A stretch of DNA of 64,000 nucleotides from Rhizaria sp. SCN 62-66 (Eukaryota), in NCBI GenBank assembly GCA_001724265.1, contig MEDY01000028.1:1-64000 (forward strand), written 5' to 3'. The notes under the pieces were generated by a model, which saw only the letters and a list, made by a program, of their open reading frames with translations, did not search any database and was not told the DNA's origin. Below, piece by piece: positions 25,266 to 35,800 of the stretch. Each line of letters starts with the position of its first letter. Position 1 is the first letter of the stretch. The position numbers and the translations under genes are program-made.

Positions 25266-26210
25266 TTAGAGCTTTGCCTCGGGCTTAGCCTGCGCGGGTT
25301 TGTTCTTGCGGTTCTTGAATTGGTCGAGCGCGCGCGCGAAGTCGTCCTCCTTAAGCCTACGCGCAAACTGCGTGCCCTCCTTATCCGCCAGCGCATGCAA
25401 CGCCTCGCGGTCCAGGTCGCGCAAGTTGCGCTTCGTGGTGACAAGCGAGTCGAGCGACATAGCCGCAATGCGTGTGGCCAGCGCCAGCGCCTCGGGCAGC
25501 AGCGCGTTGCGCGGGACGGCGCGCAGGGCGAACCCCGTGGCCGCGGCGTCCTGCGCGGTGAGGCGCGCGCCGGCGTAGAGCATCTCGCTCGCGCGACCGA
25601 TGCCCAGCGCGCGCGGGAAAGTCAGCGAGGCGCAGCCCTCGGCGCAAAGCCCGAGCGGGACGAAGGGCGTTTCGAACCAGGCGTCGTCGGCGACGAGAGT
25701 CGCGTCGCCCAGCTGCGTCATGGTTGCCGCAACTCCGACGCAGCCGCCGTTGACGGCCGTGATGAGCGGCTTGGGGAAGTCGATGAACGCGTGAATCATC
25801 TCCATCGGTAGACCCACGGAGCGCACGGGCGCGGAGCCGTCCGCTGAGGCCGTAGGCGCGCCCGGTGCGACGGCATTGAAGAAACTCACTACGAAGGTAA
25901 GACGGGGATAAAAGCAAGCAAGTGAGGGGTGAGGGGTGCAGGGCGACACAGAGAGGATGCGTGGGGAGATATAAGTGCGATAGTGCGGGGTACGGTGCGT
26001 ACCGTTAAGGTCGTGTCCGGAGGAGTACATGGGCCCGGAGCCGGTGAGGATTACGCAGTGCACGCGGTCGTTGGCGGCGAGCTCCTTGAATGTGGCTAGG
26101 ATGTCGGTGTACTGCGCGGGCGTGAACGAGTTCATCTGCCGCGGGCGGATGAACTGGATCAGCGCCACGCGCCCGAAGTACGTCACCGTCAGCGTCGGCC
26201 GGGAGGACAT
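25266..26210 (-). CDS. Peroxisomal enoyl-CoA isomerase/hydratase (crotonase, ECI2-like) with PTS1 -AKL; exons 26210..26003, 25888..25266
   Basis: Crotonase motifs YSSGHDL, FIDFPKPLITAVNGGCVG, TPFVPLGLCAEGCAS and ASEML. C-terminal AKL then TAA. 114-nt GTACGC..CGTAG intron. Confidence 0.88.
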   Translation of the reverse strand: MSSRPTLTVTYFGRVALIQFIRPRQMNSFTPAQYTDILATFKELAANDRVHCVILTGSGPMYSSGHDLNGTHRTPHYRTYISPRILSVSPCTPHPSLACFYPRLTFVVSFFNAVAPGAPTASADGSAPVRSVGLPMEMIHAFIDFPKPLITAVNGGCVGVAATMTQLGDATLVADDAWFETPFVPLGLCAEGCASLTFPRALGIGRASEMLYAGARLTAQDAAATGFALRAVPRNALLPEALALATRIAAMSLDSLVTTKRNLRDLDREALHALADKEGTQFARRLKEDDFARALDQFKNRKNKPAQAKPEAKL

Positions 26211-26725
26211 GTATGCAGGCTGCAAGCAAGTTGTGAAAGGTAGGTGCGGTGGGGATAAAGCAAGCAGACAGTTGGAGGGTGTGAGTTTGACGTCGCGATT
26301 TTCAATAGCGTAGAAGGTGAGGAAATAATCACAGAGTGAGTGCGGGGAAAATAAAAAATGTCAGAGCCTTCACTGAAATAAACGAATCTTATTGTTATAT
26401 CATGAACAACGGAAGTGTAGAGGTAAGGTGCAGAGTCTTTAAGGAGCAAACGAGCTTCCCTTTGCACGATGGGCACCACGACCGCTTGTGGTCCATGACG
26501 CCCACGGTCACTTTCGCACGTACGATGGACCTTCGGTAAGGCAGTTACGTGCAGTCCGCAATCGTCAATAACGAATTTAATCATGTGCTATGAAATATAC
26601 CTTGGAAATTTTTCTTAAACTCTTAATTCGCAGTCTTACGAAGCTGATCTTTCCTTCTGTGGATGTCTCCGCGATCGCCCACTTTCGCATCCTTGCTGCT
26701 CACTTGCTCGTCCTCCGCAGAGACG

Positions 26726-28633
26726 ATGTCTGCTCCTGCGTCCAACGACCCTGAGTCGCTGGTGACGAACAAGACGTCTGGCGCCGTTATCACCAAGTCG
26801 TTTCGCCGGCTTGCGAAGCTGCTGGAGGCGATGTCCGACGACATGCGCAACCCGCTTCCACGCAACGCGCCCGTGAGCAAAGAGCCTGTGACTCGCGAGA
26901 CGCTCAGCGCGTTGGCGCAGAAGCTGTCAAGCACCATCACGCGCTACGTGCTCTTTATCTGCCGCGAGGGCACGATGAACACGATCGAGAAGCAGACGAG
27001 CGTGTTGCTGGAGGACCTGCGGCGCATGGTGACGATGCTGCGTGGGCTGTACCCCGTTGCGTCGCCGCTCATGAAGCGCGCGCTCACGCAGTGCGGCGTC
27101 CGCGTGCTGGGCAACGTCGCGCGTCTCGTTGAAGACATCGGCCGCCAGGTTGTGTCGCAGCTCTCGGGGCAGCACGACCCGGAGCACGACCCCAACTCGT
27201 TCGAGAACAACAATCACCTGTCGCGGTTGACGGCGCGCGTGTGGGGCGCATGCGAGGCGCTGGTCGACGCGCCGTTGACGCCGATGGAGGCCACGAGCAC
27301 GCAGATTGTCGGCATGGCGCGACTGATTGCCGACGCTGCGCGCGAGCTGTCGGAGTTCAAGCAGGGCGACCACGAGGAGCCTCTCGTCGATGACGACGAC
27401 GACGCCGACGATGAGGACGAGGACGAGGACGAGGACTTCGACGACGAAGGGCTCGACGACCTTACGCGCCAGCTCGAGGAAGCCAACGCGGCCGCTAAAA
27501 AGGGCGGCAAGGCCGCGTCGGGCGCGGGCGCGTTTGACGCCGATGACGAGGCCGCGATCCGCCGCGAGCTCAAGGCGCTGCAGAACGCCGAGCAGGACGA
27601 AGCCGAGGGCTACACCGAGAAGGCGCTGTCGAAGCGTGAGTACGCGTGGGTGCCGCCCGCGGCCGCGCTGGCGCTAGTGGCGGCCGACACGATCGCGCGG
27701 TTCGGCGCCGTCGTGGCGCGCATCGAGCCCCCGCAGTCGCTCATGCGCGGCGGCTTCGGCTTCGGCGCGGACCCCGACGCCGCGGCGACCTCGGTCACAG
27801 ACCCCGACTGGGCCGCGCGCGTGGCGGCCGCCAAGGCGCAGCTGGACGCGGACCTGGACGCGCGGTACGCCGACGCCGAGTACGTCTCGACCAAGTGCGA
27901 CGAGATGGCGCAGGCGCTGACGACGCCGCAGTCGCTCGTCAAGGCCGCGCGGTGCGCGTACATCATCACCACGCGCTGCGCCAAGATGCTCGCGTGGATC
28001 GAGCGCCTCTCCGCCGAGGGCTGGCTTGACAACTACCACAAGGAGCGCGCAGAGAAGCGCAAGCAGAAGGACGACGCCAAGAAGGCTTCCAAGGATAGCA
28101 ACAAGGACGGCGACAAGGATAGCGAGAAGCCCGAGGACGAGGACGCAGACGCGGCCACGGTCGGCTCCGCCGTCGTCGCCGCCGCCAAGGCCGACGCCGC
28201 CACGGCGGCCGTGGTGGGTGCGGGCAGCAGTCTGGCGAGCGCGCGGCCGCCGTGGAACCGCGACCCCGCGGTGATCCCGGCGATCGCGGCGTGGCAGACG
28301 TACGTGCGCGCGCGCGACGCCGCGGCTGTGTACGCGGCCGAGCCCGCTGAGTCGCGGACCGCGGAGCAGGAGCCCGCGCTGGTGCCCGCGCCCGAGTGCA
28401 CCGAGGCCGTAACGGGCCAGTGGAAGTGGCTCGACAACGCGCGGCAGACGCTGGCCGAGGCGTACAGTCTGGCGCCGAGTCTGTATGACATGCACGTCGT
28501 GTACAAGGGCGGCGACAAGCTCGTCGACAACTCGGACGACGAGGAGGACTCGGATGTCGATGAGAACTGGCAGTACGACGAGGACGAGGATGAGGACGAG
28601 GACGAGGACGGCGACTTTGACGACTTCGATTAA
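26726..28633 (+). CDS. Cyclin-D1-binding protein 1 (GCIP)-like protein
   Basis: 'LTARVWGACEAL..LIADAARELSE' followed by a long acidic tract is typical of GCIP/CCNDBP1. TAA stop. An alternative in-frame ATG lies at 26663. Confidence 0.6.
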   Translation: MSAPASNDPESLVTNKTSGAVITKSFRRLAKLLEAMSDDMRNPLPRNAPVSKEPVTRETLSALAQKLSSTITRYVLFICREGTMNTIEKQTSVLLEDLRRMVTMLRGLYPVASPLMKRALTQCGVRVLGNVARLVEDIGRQVVSQLSGQHDPEHDPNSFENNNHLSRLTARVWGACEALVDAPLTPMEATSTQIVGMARLIADAARELSEFKQGDHEEPLVDDDDDADDEDEDEDEDFDDEGLDDLTRQLEEANAAAKKGGKAASGAGAFDADDEAAIRRELKALQNAEQDEAEGYTEKALSKREYAWVPPAAALALVAADTIARFGAVVARIEPPQSLMRGGFGFGADPDAAATSVTDPDWAARVAAAKAQLDADLDARYADAEYVSTKCDEMAQALTTPQSLVKAARCAYIITTRCAKMLAWIERLSAEGWLDNYHKERAEKRKQKDDAKKASKDSNKDGDKDSEKPEDEDADAATVGSAVVAAAKADAATAAVVGAGSSLASARPPWNRDPAVIPAIAAWQTYVRARDAAAVYAAEPAESRTAEQEPALVPAPECTEAVTGQWKWLDNARQTLAEAYSLAPSLYDMHVVYKGGDKLVDNSDDEEDSDVDENWQYDEDEDEDEDEDGDFDDFD

Positions 28634-29157
28634 GTGAAACGCACTTGCGCGCAAAACTGACGCCATCAGTGTGCATACCTTTGTCAAACCAAATGTCATA
28701 TCTTCCCCTCGTTAAAGTGTATCTCTATAGTTCAATATTCTTTTGTTTTTGACCTGCCTTTTATTTCTCTTCTATTAGTCTGCCGCCGCAGTCCGCGTGC
28801 GGCTCCCCTTGCTTCATAGCCTTCCAACTTCACATTCACAGTGACTCGTGCAGCGGCTGTGTGTCACTGCAGATGCGCACAGCGCCTTCACATGTACATG
28901 CAATGTTTCTATGCCATAATACACTGTATATGTACATGATCATGTCACGTAACTATTCAATGTGCATGTACAAACGTGTAAGTACATTAAGATGAAAAGT
29001 GTGTATTACAACAAAGTTAAACAGACAATATGATTTTAAACAAAAAGGTCGAAAGATATCAGTATAAAGCGTGCTAATTATCGATGTAAAGAAATGAGAA
29101 CAAAACGGGAGCGAAGTCGCAGCGAGCGCAGATTATCAGCCTCCGCAAGAGCTAAGC

Positions 29158-31178
29158 TTACGCGAGCGCGAGTGCGGCGTCGAGGTCGAGTCCGCCGAAG
29201 CGGACGACTGTGACGGCGAGCGTGCGCGTGTTGACAAGCAGCATCTCGCCGCTCCGCGCAAAGCGCGGCACGGCCAGCAGCAGCGTGCGTTCGCCGTCGG
29301 CGCGCAGACCGCCCTGAGCGGCGCTGTCGGCCGCGGCGCGGGCGACGATGGCGGCGGCGGCGACGGGCTGATTGCCAGCGAAGAAGACCGCGGGCGCGGC
29401 GGCGGCGTCGTCGGCGAGCACGAACGGGTCCGCAGTGGTGTACGGGTAGCAGCCGAGCGTGTCGGGCGCGGTGGGCGCGATCACGCGCGCGCGCAGCGCC
29501 AGCGCCAGCGCGGCGAGCGGGGACAGGTGGCTGAAACGCGCGATATCGGTCACGTTCTGCCCCGCCGTGCCCAACATCACCCAGTCACCGCCGTCGCTGC
29601 TGTCGGTCGCGCCGTCGCCGGCGGAGACGCCCACGGTCACCACAGCGGGGTTGGTGGTGGCGCGGAACGTGGAGAACGTCGCGGCGGACGCGAAGAGACA
29701 CGGGTGCATGGGCTGCTGCGGCAGCGTTGCGTTGGTGGGATCGTTGCTGCCTGCGACGAGCGTCACGGGCACGCTCGCGGCAACGCGCGTGAGGAACGCG
29801 TCGGCCTGCGCGACGGCCTCGGCCACGCGCGCGCGCTCCGCCTCGGCCGCCTCGGCCGCGGCCGTGGGCGTGCGGAACAGGTCCGACGCGGGCGGCGGTG
29901 GCGGCTTGGGCGCGAACGTGTCGCCCGCGACGACGACGTGCGCCACGCGCGCCGCGGCCGCCGCGTCGCCCGCGCCACCCGCAAGCCCCAGCAGGTAGTC
30001 GGCCGCTAGGTCCAGCAGTACCGACGCCGCGGGGGAGTCCGCCGCGCCGAGCCCCAGGTCGGAGAGGAACGCTACGTAACAGTCGCCAGCCGCGGCGGGC
30101 GCCGTCAGCAGCGCGCGCGGGGACGTAATCAGCGCGCCCATGGCCGTCGACGGCGCGCTGGACGCCGCGGGGGGTGCCGCAAGAGCACTGGGAGACGACA
30201 GCGAGGCCGCGGGGGAAGCGGGGTCTGAGTCGGACATGGCGAGGGGCGAAGCGGCGGCGGCGGCGCTGGCGACGGCGGCTGCTGCTGCTGCGGCGGCGGC
30301 GGGGCGCGCGGAGAGCAGCGGCGCGGCGGCGAGCACGGCGTGCGTGGCGGGCGCGGCGTCCGCGGGCGCGGCGGGGTGCGGCAGAGCGAGGTCGGGGTAA
30401 AAGACGCGCGAGACGACGAACTCGCCAGTCTCAGTCTCGACGCCCTGCACCGCAAGTAGCAGCCCGGAGACCAGCGCGTCCACGCACGTCGTCGACGGGA
30501 ACACCGCCTCCTGGGCCGCCGCGGCGTCAGCGTCCACAGGGGTGGTGGTGCTGGCGAGTGGGCGCGAATAGACGGGCGTGTCCGCGGCGAGAGCGAGCTG
30601 GATGCGGCCGTGGTCGTCCTCGAGCACTGCGGCGTCCTCGGCGCCGCAGAAGTTGTCCGCAGCGGCAAGCGCAGCAGCTGCAGCCGTCGGTGGGTTATCG
30701 TCGTACTCGTCGAGAATGCATGGCTTGGCGGGCATGTCCTTGTAGACGGTGCCGACGACGATGCACTCGACGCCGGGCGCGGCGTCGACGATGCGCCCGT
30801 GGATCGGCACGGCCGCGCCGCCCTCAGCCATCAGAACGCGTGCGACGGACTGCATCAGCCGCGGGCGCAGCGCCTGCAGTCGCTGCAGGTAGATGTCCTT
30901 GTACTGGCAGTTGAACACCTTGCGCGCGGGCAGCACGAAGCGCTCCGCAGCCGCCTTGCTGGCGGCGGACCCAGGCGCCAGCTGCGCGCGCTTCAGGGCG
31001 CCACTGCTCGCCACAGCAGCGTCAAAGCTAATAATAAAAGATAAAAAATGCAATAATATATGACGAGATAGCGCGAATGAGTCGATATCTCTTAGAACCA
31101 AGTGGTGGGACAGAGAGATAGGAACGGTTTACAGTTGACGTACAGCTGCGGGGGAAAGACGGATTCGAGAGTCGCCAT
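29158..31178 (-). CDS. POLD2: DNA polymerase delta small subunit; exons 31178..31144, 31027..29158
   Basis: QYKDIYLQRL, VGTVYKDMPAKPCIL, LEDDHGRI, DPTNATLPQQPMHPCLF, LGTAGQNVTDI, APTAPDTLGCYPY..DPF. Phase-2 GTACGT..TTAG intron. TAA stop. Confidence 0.92.
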
Positions 31179-31476
31179 CTGCAAGGGAAACGCGGTTTGG
31201 GGAAGCGTAATTACACAATGCAATATTTTGTAAAGAGTTATTACGCGCACAGACAATATAAACGTATAACAGCGATCTTACATGGCACATTTCAGACTTG
31301 AAATTAAGCACTCTTGGCTCTTACTTGGGCGCCAAATAAAAACTGGCAGGGTTCCGAAAAAGTCGGCGGCAAAAATGAGCAATTTCGGACTCAGTCTGCC
31401 AAGCGCGGTCTGAGAGCTCTGGGGGTGATTAGTAACGTGTGTTGTGACCGCAAAGCGCCGTTAATTTGCACATAAT

Positions 31477-32258
31477 ATGCCCCACGGTGTGAAAATGCCC
31501 AAGCTGGGCATGGTGACTGCCCACCGTATGGCTGTTCTTCGGTACGTGCTCTATACGCCCTCTCCTCGTGTTGCCGCTCTCTAACTGCAGCTTGACCTTG
31601 TGCCCCGCGTTGTTTCCCCTGCTGCCTGCTCACTGGGACGCTCTTTTCGTTGTGTCACTTTTTTGATTCACACCACAGTAACATGACCACTTCGCTCATC
31701 AAGCACGAGCGCATTGTGACCACGTACGCCCGCGCCAAGGCTCTTCGCGGCGTCGTGGATGGCATGATCACGCTGGGCAAGGTGGGCACCCGCCGCGCCT
31801 ACGCCAAGGCCGACGGCTTCGTGCGCGAAGCCCCCATGGTGCGCAAGCTCTTCACTGAGCTCGCTGTGCGCTACAAGTTCCGTCCCGGTGGCTACACGCG
31901 CGTCGTGCGCTCGCACAACCGCCGCGGCGACAACGCGCTCATGTGCTTCATCGAGCTTGTTGACCGCCCCGGAGAGCTGCGTTCGGCCAAGAAGGTCTCG
32001 TACCAGTGGGCCGTCGCGCGCGGCATGGTGCCCCCGCCTTTCCGCGCCGTCGCCTCGCTCAAGGAGGCTGCCGAGATCTCCCCCTCGACCTCGACGCTGT
32101 ACAACACCAACTCGCGCCACTGGCTCCGCGAGAACCCCGAGTACGTTTCGGGCGTGCACTCGTGGCGCCGCCGCGGCACCGCGCCCAAGACTCCCGTCAA
32201 GGTCGACAGCAAGTGGCTCAAGCCCGTCCAGGTCGAGGCCATCCAGCCCGCCGCATGA
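31477..32258 (+). CDS. MRPL17: Mitochondrial ribosomal protein bL17m; join(31477..31541,31679..32258)
   Basis: MPHGVKMPKLG..HRMAVLR|NMTTSLIKHERIVTT..RPGGYTRV..RRGDNALM..IELVD is the bL17 signature. GTACGT..CAG intron. TGA stop. Confidence 0.92.
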
Positions 32259-32893
32259 GCGCGCCCGGGGCCGCTGAACTGAGCTCAACCAACCGAACTC
32301 TCGACTGACTGCTGAACAGCCTCTGCACACACTCTCTTCTTGATTGTGGGCGTGGGAGAGCTTGCGCATTTCTCCGCAGCGACGCGGCGGCAGCAGGGAG
32401 GTGCGGCGCGAGCTCGAGAACAGAGAACGCTATTTTAAACGCCTGTAGTGCTAAACGATGACGACAACGACACAGCGACAGCAGGCATGAACCTTCAACC
32501 CGACTACTTAGCAGGGCCGGTGCCGCGCCGCTCGCTTTCCCCCACGAAACGGGACAGGCAACGGCGCGGCATGGGCGCGAAATCTATTACATCAATCCTA
32601 TAATAATACATTAAACATATCTTTATTCATGATCGTCTCTTAATCTGCCTCTCAGTTACTTCCATATCACTGATTCGCTTCTCCGTTTCAAGCGTGTGTT
32701 GTAAAATGATGATGTATTAGGATTAATAAATAGGTTGTTTGTTTGTAGTAATTTTGTGGGTTGACATATGCGTGTCTTGCTATCAAACGCAATGAATAAA
32801 TAACTTTGTTGCAAACGTGAGTCATGTCAAATTTGTTGAATCTGTCAAGTTACGGAGAGTGTTTTAGTTTCAGCCACACAGCAGCGGCGTGAT

Positions 32894-35800
32894 TTACTGC
32901 GAGCCCGTCAGCTTGGCACGCGCGGCCTTGGCGACGGCGCACACAGCCGTCCCCAGCGCACTCGTACTAAACTTACCGGCACCGACACCGGCGCCGACAC
33001 TGGCGTTAACGCCGCCGACGCTGACGCCGCAGCCAGCGACCGTGGTCTGCAGCCCGAGGCCCAGGCGCAGCGAGGAGGAGAAGCCCGCAGTGCCGCTGGT
33101 CGAGCCCCCGGCCTTGGGCCGGAGGAGCCCGCCCGAAAGCGCGCCCGCGCCGGAGGCCGCGGCGGAGACGGCGAGCCCAAGCCCAAAGCGCGCGCGGGCC
33201 GCGGCGGGGCGGGGCGGCACGATGGCGGCGTCGTCAGCCTCCTCGTCCTCGGCGTCGGCCCCACTGGCTGCCCATGAACCCGCTCCCGCTCCCGCTCCGA
33301 CTCCAGCTCCGGCTCCGACTCCGGCTCTAGCTCCGGCTCCGGTCCGGGCTCCGGCGCCGGCCCGGGCTCCGGTGCCGGCTTTGGCAGCGGCAGCGGCGGC
33401 GGGCTGGCGGGACTTGGCCGCCCCGCCGCGAGCAGCACCGCCAGTGGCGACATGAGCAGCAATGGCAGCGGTGACCGCAGCAGAAGTCGCGGAGTCACGC
33501 GAGGAGGACGACGACGGCTTGGACTTGTTGCTGGCAGTGGCGATGTTTTCGCCGTTGGCGTTGACTCCGTAGAAGGCGGCGGTGCCCGCGACGGGGCGGC
33601 CGGGCACGTCGCTGAAGAAGGCGGCGCTGGCAGCGTTGACGTCCGTCTGCGGCGCGTCGGCGAGAGAGGTGCGGCTCGCGGCCGAGAGCACGGGCGGCGG
33701 CACAGTGCGTTCGGCGCGGGGCACGTAGTTGCCGTGTGCGTCGGTGATGCCCCAGGCGCGCATGAGCGCGGGATCGAAGCCGTCTGCGTAGCGCGCGAAG
33801 ATGTCGCGCGCGAGGTCCTGCTGGTGCAAGACATCAAGCAGCAGCACGAGCTCCGGGTGGCGCGAGCGCGGCGTCGCGGCGCGCGCGGCCAGGTCCTCCT
33901 CTACCATCGGCCGCACGCGGCGCGCAAAGCCGTGGGGCGAGGTGCCGATGAGCTGCGTGAGGTAGCGGCAGACGAGCTCGTGCTCGTGGGGGGGCAGGCC
34001 ATGCGAGCGGAGGAACTGCGTCACCGCCGATGCCGTCTCCGTGGTGATATGGCGACCAGAGGCCTCGCGGAAGGCGTCCAGGTCAAAGCGGCGCACAGGT
34101 GGCGGGTGGTCGCGCAGACGGCCGACGCCGGCGCGCCGCAGCAGCGAGAGGATCGCGCGGAAGCGGAAGCCCGAGGTGTGACCGAGCGCGCCCGAGATGT
34201 CAGACAAAAGCATGAAGGAGAACTCGTGGCCCGCGGCGAGCATCACGGAGCGCAGGTAGCTGAAGCGCAGCATGCCGGCGAAGGACTTGGAGCGCACGAT
34301 GAGCTCGACGAAGCTGGCGACGTCGCACGTGTCCTGATAGTACCGCATCACCTGAAGATATGACAGCGCGAGCGGGTACGTGTCGGAGCTGGTGCGACGC
34401 TCGAGCACCGAGAGCTCGCGCGTCGCGCCGCGCATGTCGCCCTTGAGGACGTACGCGCGGACCAGCGCCTGCTGCATGATGAGGTCCACCATGGGCGGGC
34501 GGCGGACCGTGAGCATCGAGCCCACGGTGTCGGACGACGCGCCCCACTCGCCCACACTGGGGGGGTCGTCCAGCAGCGGCTTGAGGTCGAACGACGCGAC
34601 TGAGCGCGCCGCCTCAGAGTTCATGTCGGCCAGACGCAGCACGGCGGACCAGAGCGGCATGTGCTCGCGCGCGCGCGGGACGGCCGAGCCCGACTCGAAC
34701 GCGCGCGGGTCCACGCGCCGCATCGCCGCCACCAGGGTGCGGAAGTCGGTCAGCGAGGCTGGGAGATCAAACTCACGCACCGAGAGCGGGGACACAACTA
34801 GCAACTCGCAGTTCCGACCGACAAAGTCGTTGAAGATGGTGATGGCGAGGTCAGGGTCGTTGTGGCGCAGCGCGGCCTGCATGATCACAGTCGCCGTGTT
34901 GGCGTGCACGGCGTGGCCGTAGCTCGTCATGGTCTGGACCGAGTGGCGCAGGCGCGCGACGTCGCAGTTGCGCGCGTGGAAGGCGATCCACATGTTGTAA
35001 AAGGACGGCAGCATCGGCATCGAGTGCTCCGACAGGTACGCCATCACCTGACGCGCGCGCACGAGGTCGTTTTGCTGCAGGAACACGTTGAGGAAGCGCG
35101 CCATCGTCAGCGTCGTCACACGGCGCAGCTCCGTCACAGTGCCCTTGCGGACGCTGACGCCGAGGATCGCGGTGAGCGTGCGCGGGCGCTTGAGATCGCG
35201 CGGGAGCGCCATAACCCAGTCCCACGTCGACTCGGGATCGAACAGTCCCATGTACGCGCGCGTGACGGCCGACAGCGTCATGAGCTGCCCCACGGGGTGG
35301 AAGCCGAGGAACGGCGGCACGACCACGCGCGACGTGTCGCCGAGCCGACGCTCGCGGGCGAGGCGCTCGCGGTCGCGGGCCTCACGGTCACGCAGCGCCA
35401 TTTCGCGCGACGCCTGCGCCGGGTCCACCATCTGCGCCACGGGCACGGCCTGGACCTGTGAGCGCAGGGCCTCATACTCGCGGGCACTCATCCCCATGGC
35501 CGCGGCCATCTCCGCCAGCGCCGTTTCCTCCGCCGTCGAGGAGGCGCTCTCGGTAGCGGGCAGCGGCGAGGATGACGACGCGCTCCCCGTCGCTCCAGTC
35601 GTGGTGTGCTGCGATGCGGCCTTGCTGCGGGCGTGCGCAGTCCTGACGGCGGCCTCGGCGGCCTCGGCGGCGGCCGCGGCATCGGCGGCGCAGTCGATCG
35701 CGCCGCCATAGAGCTTCATGTCTTCCGCAGCGTCGCCCCAGGTCGAGGCCCACATCGCGGTGGAGCGGAAGAAGGCGTCATCCTGGATGCGGACATTGTG

